DNA from: a virus
Lineage: Duplodnaviria; Caudoviricetes
DNA length: 64,000 nt
Reading direction: 5' to 3' (one strand)
Virus record (IMG/VR): IMGVR_UViG_3300015610_000633
Span: 9,700 to 73,699 of that record
Shown: positions 38,279 to 48,378 of the stretch, piece after piece
How the letters are laid out: the number at the start of each line of letters is the position of its first letter
Numbering within the stretch: position 1 is the first letter of the stretch
The notes under the pieces: generated by a model
Seen by the model: only the letters and a program-made list of their open reading frames with translations
Database searches by the model: none
What the model was told of the DNA's origin: nothing
Position numbers and translations under genes: made by a program

Positions 38279-40065
38279 AACTGTTTACCCCCTGCGTTTG
38301 TTTGGGTGGTTGTCTTCTTCGGGGTTCCCGGTGGTGGTTTCACAGGTTCATCAGGCCCCAATGATTTATCAGCCCTGACTTCAAGGTAGTTTCTCCCTTG
38401 TATTTCGATCTCTACACCCATGTCACAATCCCATCTAATGCCAACTTGTGCAGTTCTGAACGTGGTTTGAAAACCAACGTTTGAATACACTTCGGCGTAA
38501 GCTTTGGCGATTGCACCATCATACCCCAATGTTTCGAGGTATTCCCTAGCGCGTTGTTGAAGCAACAATATGTTTTCGATCGAAGTCATCGAGTTGTATT
38601 CAACGTTTTCACGGTTGACTTGTAGATCGAAAGTATCACCCGGTTGCATGTCGAGTATATCGGGATCAAGGTTGCCACCCCCGAAACTAGCCATGTTTTT
38701 CGTTTTCACCGAAACCGTGAACTCACCGCGGTTTAGTTGTTCATAAACCGATTGAGCGATGATTCTCAACTGCAACGGATCTTTGATGGGAAGGTTGACC
38801 CGATGAACGATCCATTTTTGATCGGCCACATCACCCGGCAATACAAGAACCCCAAACACACGATCACCCGGCAAGGGGAACCTAGCAACCATCACCTTTT
38901 TGCGTTGGGGGTTGTAACACCGAACTTCAACATTCTGCATTGCTGCAAATGTGAACTGCCTTGCAATCTTAGCCGATTCGATATTTCGACCATATATCAA
39001 GTGGCGATAAGTCAACAGCTTACCGCTTTGCACTTGTCTCGGTACATAGGGATCGTCATCCCGTACTGTGAAATCAGAACTAGTGATCGTGCGCACCCGT
39101 TGAATGATTATTCTATCGCCCAACATACGGCACATGTGCCCGATAGAGCCGCACACATCAGTCAAATAATCCCAAACCGAAAGATCTGAACCACCCCCCG
39201 GTGGTGGTCCTAGTTGCGGCCTGTAGGAAGTACCCGCGAGTGTTTCCGCAAGCTTAGGGGGAGTCGCGTTTTGTGGCACATATTCGACCGTTAGACCTGC
39301 GCACCGAGGGAAGTTGCAAAGGTATAGCGCTATGGCTCGATCAATCGGTTCTTTGGCGTTTATGAACAACTGCGGGGGAGCTTTTTGATCGATCAACAAT
39401 ACCGTGTTGTCGCGACAATCAAGACGCACAAGCGGTTCACCTTCTTCACTTATTTCAGTTTCCCATTTATCAACCCAACCTTCAAAACGAAGGTTACTCC
39501 GTTGTTGCCCCCAACTGTCGATATACGTATCGGGTATTACATTCAACAACTCAGTACCCGCTTGATTGTACTGACCCGCGCTTACCGCTCGCGTTTCGCC
39601 ATTCATGCCGTGCCTGTATTCATCTTCAGTCAAACACCCAAGATAATATTGAACGCGACAAGCTCTAATCACACGAGGGTCAAAGGGAAGATCGATCCAT
39701 TTGAAAGTCAGGTTCAAAACATCGGCTTGACGTATGCCGTTGATACCTAGCGCCGCTTCTTTAGGAATGATCGCCCCTAGTGGTTGGGTAAGATCATCGC
39801 GGCTATTTTTTCGATTCAAAGATGATTGCGGTGATTGTACTTCTTTCGGCTTCAAAAAATAACGTGTTGTACCCGGTGGTGCAGTCTCATCGGGTGTAGG
39901 GTATAGCGGTGCGATCCTTCCCTTAGCGCCCCTTAGAAGTTGTGGGGGAACCTTCGGCGCCAGTGCCATCACAAGATTGGTTTTTGACTTCATTTCATCG
40001 AAACGAAGAATCAACCGTACTTTAGCGGCCGGGTAGTAAGTTTGTTCGGGGAACTCTATTTCCAC
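38218..40065 (-). CDS. Baseplate hub (gpD/late-control-like) protein (would end at TTA 38278-38280)
   Basis: Position after the LysM-like gene; VRLDCRDNT and YGRNIESAKIARQF features. Confidence 0.7.
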   Translation of the reverse strand: MEIEFPEQTYYPAAKVRLILRFDEMKSKTNLVMALAPKVPPQLLRGAKGRIAPLYPTPDETAPPGTTRYFLKPKEVQSPQSSLNRKNSRDDLTQPLGAIIPKEAALGINGIRQADVLNLTFKWIDLPFDPRVIRACRVQYYLGCLTEDEYRHGMNGETRAVSAGQYNQAGTELLNVIPDTYIDSWGQQRSNLRFEGWVDKWETEISEEGEPLVRLDCRDNTVLLIDQKAPPQLFINAKEPIDRAIALYLCNFPRCAGLTVEYVPQNATPPKLAETLAGTSYRPQLGPPPGGGSDLSVWDYLTDVCGSIGHMCRMLGDRIIIQRVRTITSSDFTVRDDDPYVPRQVQSGKLLTYRHLIYGRNIESAKIARQFTFAAMQNVEVRCYNPQRKKVMVARFPLPGDRVFGVLVLPGDVADQKWIVHRVNLPIKDPLQLRIIAQSVYEQLNRGEFTVSVKTKNMASFGGGNLDPDILDMQPGDTFDLQVNRENVEYNSMTSIENILLLQQRAREYLETLGYDGAIAKAYAEVYSNVGFQTTFRTAQVGIRWDCDMGVEIEIQGRNYLEVRADKSLGPDEPVKPPPGTPKKTTTQTNAGGKQLWILCLEHSGDSPSMNLLSY

Positions 40066-40085
40066 TTAGCAGGTTATAGACTGCT

Positions 40086-41333
40086 TCAACCTGCAAGGGT
40101 AGGTATAACCAACACTTTACCAACGGGCAGTGCGGTCATAGTCCACGGCAAACTATTAGATTTCAGGATATCGATCGCGTGGTCTGCAGTGTTGTAGAAC
40201 TGCAACGAAACTGAAGAAGCAGTGTCACCCGCCCGAACAATGTACAATGATTCAACCGTTGAAGGTGTGGTGTTCTTGGTACCTTGTGAAGTGGCTTGAC
40301 CACCACTTGAACCTGAACGGCTATACTGCTTCAAAAACTGCAACATGACACTGTTGACTTGTTTAGTAACACCATTGACAGAATCATGACTCTTACCGAT
40401 CAAAGTGACGTTACGAAGTATGTCAGCCGCATTGGTTGTTTTGCTTTGTTTTTCTGCAGGTATAGCCGACACGGTTTGTGAATATTGTTTGGCTATTGTT
40501 GACATATTATCCATGGCTTGCGTGACAGTGTTTTCAACCTGACCCGGTATTGATGCAACCTTGTTCACAAGGTCAGTGAAGTTTTGAAACTGCTTAGCCA
40601 TTTTTTGAAGATCTCGCGTTACTCCCTTCACAAGATTGTTAGGATAGTCCGCAAGATTCGACAGTTGATCAAACGTTAGATTAGGAACCCCTTGTCCCTT
40701 CTTCTTTTTTTGACCATCGGTGTTGATGACAATATCAGTATAAAAGTTGTCTACTAGTTGGTTCATATCAAGCACCAACTGAGAAGCTTCGGAAGCAGGA
40801 TCACCCGTTCGCAACGCAACAACTTTCTGTTGTGTAACGCCGCGACTCATCCAAGCCCATTCAATGCGCCACCCTATATCCGACTCGGTATCGTGGTTGA
40901 AAATAATCGAAGCAGCTCGCCCTTCACGAACCAATGAAAAGAACGCATCGATCTGCGCCGAACTAACCCATGTCACGCGCAAGCGCGCGCCTTGCCTGCA
41001 TATTTGTTCCATGAGTTCTTTCAAAACCCATGGTGTGGTGATCTTGGTTTCGTTACCCCCTTCGCTATACAATGCGGGTGATTTACCCATCATCGTTCTA
41101 CGCCAAAAACCCTCAAACGTAGTTGGTGGTTCAATAGGGCCAAGAACCTGTTGTGTGGCTTCACTAGCGTTGCCACTATACCATGTAGTTGTGATCCTGT
41201 TCTGTGTGCCCCATGAAACACCCCTATGTGGCAAAGTAGGACCGCGCAGCGTGATCTTACGTTCAAGCCCCGACACTTCTTCGATCGTGATTTCACTAGT
41301 GAAGCTTGAAGGCTGAACAGTTTTGATCGCCAT
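40086..41333 (-). CDS. Tail tube initiator / LysM-containing baseplate protein
   Basis: C-terminal YIVRAGDTASSVSLQFY...PVGKVLVIP LysM-like motif; ATG 41333 lies just after a palindrome; the ORF track fuses it with the upstream acidic region. Confidence 0.65.
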   Translation of the reverse strand: MAIKTVQPSSFTSEITIEEVSGLERKITLRGPTLPHRGVSWGTQNRITTTWYSGNASEATQQVLGPIEPPTTFEGFWRRTMMGKSPALYSEGGNETKITTPWVLKELMEQICRQGARLRVTWVSSAQIDAFFSLVREGRAASIIFNHDTESDIGWRIEWAWMSRGVTQQKVVALRTGDPASEASQLVLDMNQLVDNFYTDIVINTDGQKKKKGQGVPNLTFDQLSNLADYPNNLVKGVTRDLQKMAKQFQNFTDLVNKVASIPGQVENTVTQAMDNMSTIAKQYSQTVSAIPAEKQSKTTNAADILRNVTLIGKSHDSVNGVTKQVNSVMLQFLKQYSRSGSSGGQATSQGTKNTTPSTVESLYIVRAGDTASSVSLQFYNTADHAIDILKSNSLPWTMTALPVGKVLVIPTLAG

Positions 41334-41343
41334 GGTGTGCTTG

Positions 41344-41363
41344 ACGTCTAACCGGGTAGACGT
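41344..41363. repeat. Quasi-palindrome, copy 10
   Basis: ACGTCTAACCGGGTAGACGT. Confidence 0.95.
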
Positions 41364-41798
41364 GGTGAATAAATCAGCTTCGGGATTGAGCAGCGCTTGT
41401 GCCCAAACTGACAAGGGTACAAGTCGTTCAGAAAGATCTTCAAGTGTCTTGTCGGCTGCGTCTTTCGGATCTTCGGGAACGTCTGCACCTTCGGCGGCTT
41501 CTTGCGCGGCTGCAACGGCGGCTTCGGCGGCGGCTTGTGCTTCGGGATCTTCCGGGTCGGCTTCAGCTGCTTCAACTGCACCTTCGGCAGTTTCGATCTG
41601 GTCTTCTACTTGATCGATTTCGCTACCTTCGGCTTCACCATCAGCGGGTTCTTCATCACCCGATTCTTCATCATCCTCGGGTGGTGGCAAATCATCGCCT
41701 TCTTCGTTGTCTTCTGTTGGATCAAGAGACTCAAGATCCTCCTCTTCATCATCTTTGCCAAGTATGTTTTTGAGCGCCGAAACGATCTTGTTTGCCAT
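41349..41798 (-). CDS. Highly acidic hypothetical protein (separate gene only if TTA 41349-41351 terminates)
   Basis: MANKIVS start with GAAAGGTG upstream; E/D/A-rich; first TTA falls inside the palindrome. Confidence 0.5.
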
Positions 41799-41814
41799 GT
41801 TATCACCTTTCTTA

Positions 41815-43899
41815 TCACGGCCCGAACACACCACCAACTTTAGCATTGCGTCGATTTTCAGCGGCGTTGATGATGTCGCGTTGAAAGATCATGGCAATAC
41901 GATCGGGATCTTGATCCCTGAAATCTTGCTTCAAGTTGAAGGTGTTGTTGTTGAACTCCACTTTGGGATTCTGCTTCATTGCGGGTGCTTCTGCCAAACC
42001 CATGAGCTTCTTTTTGAAGTCTTCGGCACCATCACCGACCATTGAAGCCAATAGCTCGAACCCGCCTTGAACCTCGGTACCGGCCTTCAAGAACATTTGT
42101 TGAAGCGCTACGTTGCCTTCAAACATCTTGGCTATGGTCTGCATTTGCACCTTGTTACCGTTCACAACCGCGGTTGAATACGCATCAATGAACTGTTCAA
42201 GTTGCTTTACATCTTCCATATACGCTTCGTTGCTGTCTTGCTTCACGCCTTCTTTGGCCATGTCATGACGTGCGTTCATCGTGTCGCGCATCATGTCAGC
42301 GGCGTCTTGTGCTTTATTGATTACGGCTTGGTTTTTCTTACCTTCTTCGTATAGCCGATCCATTGCATCGGCCATTGATTTCAGTTCTTTCTGTGTGTAA
42401 CCAGCCGATTCGCCGAACTCGAACACCCGCTTACGCAACATGTCGTAGTCTTTGGCGGTAGCTTCACGCGTACCATTCGCCCAACCCGCGGCTGCATCCA
42501 TGGTAGCCAGCAAGTTGTCATTAGCTTCAACATGCCACGGTAGGACCGCCCCGAACTCTTTCATGTATTGCGTCGCTTGATACACAGCGGCACCGACACC
42601 CACAACAGCAGCCCCGAACGCTGCAAGGCCCGTAGCAGTGGCACCCAGCGCCCCCGCTGCGCCTGCACCCATGCTACCCTTGGCAATGTGTGCCGCTCCG
42701 ACAGCCGACGCTGCTGTAGCGGCTTGAGTGCCCGCACTGGTCAACGTTCCTACGGCACCCGTAACCGCGGGTATTGCCGCTTTGGCACCAAACGCAACAG
42801 CTATCTCTTCTTTATGCGCCAAGATAAACTTGAACACCTTCTCAGCCATTTCGAAACCTTGCGAGATCGCATGTTTGATTTCGTCGGCATGAGTCACCAC
42901 ATAATCGAAGCCCTTTTCTATAGCTTTCGCGGCTTCGCTAATATATTTCGTCACCTTCTCACTGAACATTCTAACGAAGCTCTCAATCACTCCCTTGTTC
43001 GCTTCAAGCTTCTCTTTGAACCTATCGAGAGCAGGCACAACCGCGGCTATGATTGGCTTACCGAAGCCTTCGAGAAACCGATCTTTCATCGTGCCTAGTT
43101 GCTGCATAACGGTTTGAAAGGTTGCGGGCACACCAACCATTTGCTTTGCCATCTTACCGATCGCGACTTGTGCAAACGACATAGCCGATGCATCGGTTAG
43201 AAGATTCAACTGTTGTGCAACCTGCTTCGCGTTCCCTTTGAGGGTACCCGTAGCGGCGATCATTTGAACGATCGGATCTGTAGCCTTCGCACCTTGCGCG
43301 CTGAAGTTGTTGAACGATTGTGCAAGCGCTTCGGGACCACCTGCGACCGCTCTACCCGCAGTGCCTATATTTCGCATAAGCTTAGCGATGTCTTCATCGC
43401 TTCGCTTGAAGGCTTTCTCCCATTGGTTCAGGGGCATATTGATCGATTGCCCCGAAGCCGTAATGAACGAACGCGAAGTGTTGAATGTATTTGCTAGGGT
43501 TGTGTAAAGCTCCGTTGCTGTATTCTTTGCAATACCGGTGCGCGCAGCAAACCGATCCATTTCAGAGTTGAAGACGTTTGCTTTCTTCGCGAGGGTATCC
43601 CAATCGGTGCCAGCCTTCGCGGTTAGCGACATTAGGCCGGTCATATGTTTTTGAGTATTTTCAAGGTCGAGCGCTTTGGTAAACGCTTCTTTACCCATTT
43701 CAAAAAGTTTACCCGTTGACATGGCCAACTGAAAACCAAGCGCGGTTGCGGCTGCTTCTTTGAAGAAACCCACAACCCCCGCTTGTGCCTTATCAGCAGC
43801 GTCGGAAAGGTTACCGAAGCCTGACTTGATCTTATCCATTGCGGCCTTGGATTGATCGTCAAGCTTGAAGACTGCTGAAACTTCAGTTTTTGCGGCCAT
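41815..43899 (-). CDS. Tape measure protein
   Basis: Ala/Gly-rich helical 694 aa between the chaperones and baseplate genes. Confidence 0.85.
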   Translation of the reverse strand: MAAKTEVSAVFKLDDQSKAAMDKIKSGFGNLSDAADKAQAGVVGFFKEAAATALGFQLAMSTGKLFEMGKEAFTKALDLENTQKHMTGLMSLTAKAGTDWDTLAKKANVFNSEMDRFAARTGIAKNTATELYTTLANTFNTSRSFITASGQSINMPLNQWEKAFKRSDEDIAKLMRNIGTAGRAVAGGPEALAQSFNNFSAQGAKATDPIVQMIAATGTLKGNAKQVAQQLNLLTDASAMSFAQVAIGKMAKQMVGVPATFQTVMQQLGTMKDRFLEGFGKPIIAAVVPALDRFKEKLEANKGVIESFVRMFSEKVTKYISEAAKAIEKGFDYVVTHADEIKHAISQGFEMAEKVFKFILAHKEEIAVAFGAKAAIPAVTGAVGTLTSAGTQAATAASAVGAAHIAKGSMGAGAAGALGATATGLAAFGAAVVGVGAAVYQATQYMKEFGAVLPWHVEANDNLLATMDAAAGWANGTREATAKDYDMLRKRVFEFGESAGYTQKELKSMADAMDRLYEEGKKNQAVINKAQDAADMMRDTMNARHDMAKEGVKQDSNEAYMEDVKQLEQFIDAYSTAVVNGNKVQMQTIAKMFEGNVALQQMFLKAGTEVQGGFELLASMVGDGAEDFKKKLMGLAEAPAMKQNPKVEFNNNTFNLKQDFRDQDPDRIAMIFQRDIINAAENRRNAKVGGVFGP

Positions 43900-43901
43900 G
43901 G

Positions 43902-44222
43902 TCAGGTTCTTTCGTTCAATGATGACATCGCATTTTCTTCACCGATAACTTTGCCCACGGCTTGAAGAAGTCGATGAAGCTCGCCAAGTGGTAGTTGCTT
44001 GATTTCATCAAGTGAAATCCGACCATAACGAGACAAGTACACACGGCGTTTGATGATCTGTTTTCGACGTTCATCAGGATCAAGATCGATCCCGGCTTGC
44101 TTCGTACCCGCTAGGACCTCGTAATGGGGTAGCAAGTCTTCAAGCATGGCTTCCAACCAAGTCGGATGAGGGGGCAAGCCCTCATCGTTATCGGTAAAAT
44201 CACGGTCCTGGTAGCCATGCAA
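43902..44222 (-). CDS. Tail assembly chaperone, -1 frame extension
   Basis: YLSRYGRISLDEIKQLPLGEL; in the -1 frame relative to the upstream chaperone at a T7 slippery site. Confidence 0.7.
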   Translation of the reverse strand: MHGYQDRDFTDNDEGLPPHPTWLEAMLEDLLPHYEVLAGTKQAGIDLDPDERRKQIIKRRVYLSRYGRISLDEIKQLPLGELHRLLQAVGKVIGEENAMSSLNERT

Positions 44223-44974
44223 GATCGAAAAAAATCGATCAAATCATCTTGATCAAGTCGATGTGTTTGAGTGTAAATCGTTTCAAGAAGCGCTCGACAT
44301 TTCGCGCCTATGTCACGATAGAAAGATTGAATCGGGATCGATTCATTTTCGATGTTTCGCATACCTGGCCATGCGGGATACTTCCCATCGATAGCGCGAA
44401 TCATCGCCTTCGTACATTCGGGGATCACTCTGAACCCTTTGCCCCTGCACCGTTCAAGCGCCGCGTCTTCTTCGGCATCGGTGATCGGCCAAACGATGAT
44501 TACACGATCGCCTTTTTTCGGGGTATCGGTCCAACTCGCACGCAAGCGAATGAATGTTACTGTACGCCCCGCGGGTACTTTGAAGTTAGGGGGAAACACA
44601 ACCCACGGCGGCACCGGTTTGTCATCACCGGTTTCATCATCTTCTTCGACTGTATATTTCTCAACAGTCGGTTCTTCTTCATCAGGTGAAGACTCTTGTG
44701 AAGGTATCGAAGCTTCTTTAGGTTTTGCAAACTTCGCTTCACCGATCTCGAAAAGATCACCAGGTTCAGGTGAATCTTTCTCGGTCTTCACTGCGTTCAT
44801 CTTTGCCAAAACTTCGGCTAGGTTTTTTGGTTTTTCAGTAGTCACGACCGCGCCTTTCAAAAAAGTGAGAACCTTCGCAACTAGTGGCGCGAACACGATC
44901 CGACGGAGTAGCGGAGTGTTGCGAAGGTTCTCGTAAGAACGGTTCAAGGCTCCAACCTTGAACCGCTGCGCCAC
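44111..44974 (-). CDS. Tail assembly chaperone (would end at TTA 44195-44197)
   Basis: Lies between the tube and tape measure genes. Confidence 0.7.
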   Translation of the reverse strand: MAQRFKVGALNRSYENLRNTPLLRRIVFAPLVAKVLTFLKGAVVTTEKPKNLAEVLAKMNAVKTEKDSPEPGDLFEIGEAKFAKPKEASIPSQESSPDEEEPTVEKYTVEEDDETGDDKPVPPWVVFPPNFKVPAGRTVTFIRLRASWTDTPKKGDRVIIVWPITDAEEDAALERCRGKGFRVIPECTKAMIRAIDGKYPAWPGMRNIENESIPIQSFYRDIGAKCRALLETIYTQTHRLDQDDLIDFFRSCMATRTVILPITMRACPLIRLGWKPCLKTCYPITRS

Positions 44975-44995
44975 TATTTCGACCCCGTCTAATCT

Positions 44996-45433
44996 TCAGA
45001 GATCTTGTAGTTGGAAGTCACCAACCGATCCGGACAACTTCACGTTGACGTACTCTTTACGGTCGGGAACACCGACCGGGATCGGACCAAACTTTGCGTC
45101 AGGTAGAACCCACGCTTGCGTTTCGAAGTTTGGATAAAAGAACGTTCCCGCAATATTTATTTCGAGATCGGGAAGTTCACGCTTTTGTCGACGTTGCAAA
45201 GCTACGACAAAGGTAGCCCATTGCGTATTGTGTACGTGCATTTCGAAGTCAAAGTCTACCGAGTCAAACACGTCATCAACGCGCGAACCCTTCTCGCCAA
45301 GATAGCCTTGTTTCTTGACTTCAGAGTTGATTACGAAGTTGAAGTTTTTGATATCGGTAAAGCTTGCTTCAAGTACACCACCGCGCACAACCGTGATGGT
45401 GACTTCTTGCCCTTTTATTCTCTGTTCAGCCAT
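44996..45433 (-). CDS. Tail tube protein
   Basis: 145 aa immediately downstream of the sheath gene. Confidence 0.85.
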   Translation of the reverse strand: MAEQRIKGQEVTITVVRGGVLEASFTDIKNFNFVINSEVKKQGYLGEKGSRVDDVFDSVDFDFEMHVHNTQWATFVVALQRRQKRELPDLEINIAGTFFYPNFETQAWVLPDAKFGPIPVGVPDRKEYVNVKLSGSVGDFQLQDL

Positions 45434-45447
45434 GGTTGTTTCTTTCC

Positions 45448-45467
45448 ACGTCTAACCGGGTAGACGT
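45448..45467. repeat. Quasi-palindrome, copy 11 (sheath-tube junction)
   Basis: ACGTCTAACCGGGTAGACGT. Confidence 0.95.
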
Positions 45468-45471
45468 CCTT

Positions 45472-47667
45472 TCATGCGGCTTCTGCGACGGTTACTTGTT
45501 CACCGATCTCGGTTGCGATTGTTATCGAGTCAAACGAAGACAAAGTTCTAACCTTCAACGTTAGGCGGTAGTGACCACGCCCTAGTGAAGTTGCCGTATT
45601 GCCTGACTTTACATCAAGTGAGTAAGAGTCGATTCGTTGTGGTGGTCCGTTCTTCAACGTATCCATCCACACGCGAACATCGGTTGTAAGCGCTACACGT
45701 CGCGCAACGGTCATCAACTGTTTGCCGTATGATTGCGCACGAATGGCGAGTGAATCTTGAATGTAATCGGCCATACGACGCCGTGCGATATTCACGCGAC
45801 CGGGGTAGAGAGCCTTATCAACCGAGGTAACACCCGATTGAAAGAAAGCCTGACCATTATCGATCCGCAACGCCATGATACCCGCAGCTTTGAAGCGCTT
45901 GTAATCGTTGATATCGAGTAGTTGCGGGGTCGCAGCGGTTTCGATACCACGAACACCGTCAAGGTAGCTCGTTTGCTGACCGGGGTTTTCTTCGGGTGGT
46001 AGTTGCGACATCACCGAGCAAGCAAACGAATCGGCACCCGAGTCAATGATCCCATCGGCAGTGAACCCGGTACCACCACTAAGCCCAACCGCTGCGATCG
46101 TGGGTACGTAAGATCTCGATTGAGGATAACAGTACACAACGCGATCGGAGCGAGTCGCGGCAACACCCCACGGGGTAGTTGATACCGTTACATTGCTCTT
46201 ATTTGAGCCCATAGGCGCGCGAACTACGGCGGTGCGGCCATAGTGACCGGTTGAACTTGCCGTTAGTGCGTTGTCTCGTAGGGCGAAACGAACGCTATTC
46301 GATTGACGCGCACACATGATCAAGTTGATCTCTTTGGTGACGTCATTCAACCCGAGTGTGTACGGCAATGCCGCAACATATGCCGCGTCAAGTTGGGTTT
46401 CGGTTAGGCATGCCGACAATGCTGCAAGGTTGATAACTTCGAACTCTCCGACGTCGGGAACATCAACCAACACGTTGACGGTACCCGAAGCCGTTGTTGT
46501 TCCCGTACCATCATCAACGGCGTGTCGAACTTTGATCGCGTAAGCCGTTTCTTGACCTGCAACGATCGTTGTCGTTTGCATGGTCACAAACACCTTGTTA
46601 CCCGACGTTTTCACACGAGTACCAGCGGGTAGTGAACCCTCGAAATCACTGGCGTTGATCACGTCGGTTGTACCAAACCCGAGCGCCGTTGCAGTTCCGC
46701 CCGTTACTTCAAGTGTACCCGTACCCGATGTGGCTACGTTCACGAGTCGCAATCTGCCTTGTGAATCAACACGAACCGCGGCGTTTGATGTTGAAGCCGC
46801 ATCAACGCGGGTGTGCACTTCGGCAGGTGTTACGGTGTTGATATTCGCAACGTTACCCGTACCCGCGGTTGTTGCGGCTGTAAGCCCTAGTCCAGCCAAC
46901 ACGCCAGTTGAACCCGACACTACACGAACTTCACCCGCAGTACCCGGTACTCGACCGGTTAGCTTGATTTGACCGCTCGAAACTTCTGCAAACGTGAAAC
47001 CAGCGAACTGATTTATACGTGCAACAACTTGTGCAACGGATTGATCCGTTGAGAGAAAAGTTACTTGAAAATCATCGGCATCATCGTAACCGAGTGTCAG
47101 GGTTTCACCACCTGTGAAGGTGGTTGGAAAGGTACCCGAAGCACCGGTAACAGTTGCAGCGACACCTGTGAAGGTAACCGTTACAGGCGTGCCGTCATAT
47201 TCGAATGTTAGGGTTTGACCTGATGTAAGTTTGAACGTGAAAGCAGCGGCACCCGTCGCATATGCAAGCGGTGTAAAGTAGACTTCACCAACACTTGTAT
47301 CGACACGGCAAAGCATCAACCGAGCAAACCGCTTGCCGTTTATCGCTACATGCCCGTTACCATTCCAATATTCGGGAGTAACCGATGCATCGGAGTAACG
47401 AACGGTAGCTGAGGGATATTGCCCACGTTGCCCCGCGTAAGTGTAACCGAGACCACCGTATTTTTGAAGAACTTCGGCAACACTCGAAACTTCAACGGTC
47501 TTGTTGAACTCACCATCTTCAAACTCAGCAACAATGCACACGGCACCGGTGCCAGTGCCAGCGATCGCAGCTTCGGGATCAAGATCAAGAATGTTGATCG
47601 ATTCGATCTCAAGCAATACATCGAGACCGGGATCGAAAGTGAAACGACGAACGTAGCTAGATGCCAT
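45472..47667 (-). CDS. Tail sheath protein
   Basis: Sheath C-terminal features (FFQSGVT, NIARRRMADYIQDSL, LKVRTLSSFDSI); start MASSYVRR. Confidence 0.9.
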   Translation of the reverse strand: MASSYVRRFTFDPGLDVLLEIESINILDLDPEAAIAGTGTGAVCIVAEFEDGEFNKTVEVSSVAEVLQKYGGLGYTYAGQRGQYPSATVRYSDASVTPEYWNGNGHVAINGKRFARLMLCRVDTSVGEVYFTPLAYATGAAAFTFKLTSGQTLTFEYDGTPVTVTFTGVAATVTGASGTFPTTFTGGETLTLGYDDADDFQVTFLSTDQSVAQVVARINQFAGFTFAEVSSGQIKLTGRVPGTAGEVRVVSGSTGVLAGLGLTAATTAGTGNVANINTVTPAEVHTRVDAASTSNAAVRVDSQGRLRLVNVATSGTGTLEVTGGTATALGFGTTDVINASDFEGSLPAGTRVKTSGNKVFVTMQTTTIVAGQETAYAIKVRHAVDDGTGTTTASGTVNVLVDVPDVGEFEVINLAALSACLTETQLDAAYVAALPYTLGLNDVTKEINLIMCARQSNSVRFALRDNALTASSTGHYGRTAVVRAPMGSNKSNVTVSTTPWGVAATRSDRVVYCYPQSRSYVPTIAAVGLSGGTGFTADGIIDSGADSFACSVMSQLPPEENPGQQTSYLDGVRGIETAATPQLLDINDYKRFKAAGIMALRIDNGQAFFQSGVTSVDKALYPGRVNIARRRMADYIQDSLAIRAQSYGKQLMTVARRVALTTDVRVWMDTLKNGPPQRIDSYSLDVKSGNTATSLGRGHYRLTLKVRTLSSFDSITIATEIGEQVTVAEAA

Positions 47668-47724
47668 GGTTTGCTCTTTCGGTTGTAGTTGTGTGGTAAC
47701 ACTGCCCTGTAAACGCTCCAAAAA

Positions 47725-48378
47725 TCATTCATCAACAACCCCCACCATTGGAACCATATTGACCACGGGTACAAGTCGCACAATGGGTATATCAAGCGTC
47801 AAATGTATCAATGTGCGCCACCTATTTTTGAACCCATCTTCGTTCGCGCGCTCGATTCGTTCCAACGTGAAGCGGCAAGGTTGATGCCAATAGTTTTTCA
47901 GGATCAAACGAAGCCCGGTCATTTGTTGAACCGGTGAAAACAGTTGATCGGTAGCCGACAAGATAGCGCGGCGTTCTGACTTTGTAGCAGTCCAAACTTC
48001 AAGCGTGATTTCTTCGGTATGCTCACTCAACCTAACAAGCGCATAACCTCGCTTGAACACATTGAACGAAGATTCAATGAAGCTCGGTTGAATAGTAGCG
48101 ATCACAGTTTCGACTGTAGGCAATACAGCAACAGCAGGCATTGCAAACGTGTCTTCTGAGTCGATACCGTCAACGTGAAAGTTATCAACCGAGAGCTTGA
48201 ACGGGTTGTCAACACTTCGAAAAAAAGTGAATGAACACAACTCATCGCGAAGCGCTTCAAGTGCCACATGACGCGCATCTTTGAACACGTGGACTAGTTC
48301 ACCCGGTGCCTCATTCCATTGCACCGATGAATCAACGGGGATCGCGTTCAGTTTATCGGGTTGTAGCGTGTTGTTCAT
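47725..48378 (-). CDS. Tail terminator / completion protein
   Basis: Position upstream of the sheath; PAVAV and ITLEVW features. Confidence 0.65.
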   Translation of the reverse strand: MNNTLQPDKLNAIPVDSSVQWNEAPGELVHVFKDARHVALEALRDELCSFTFFRSVDNPFKLSVDNFHVDGIDSEDTFAMPAVAVLPTVETVIATIQPSFIESSFNVFKRGYALVRLSEHTEEITLEVWTATKSERRAILSATDQLFSPVQQMTGLRLILKNYWHQPCRFTLERIERANEDGFKNRWRTLIHLTLDIPIVRLVPVVNMVPMVGVVDE

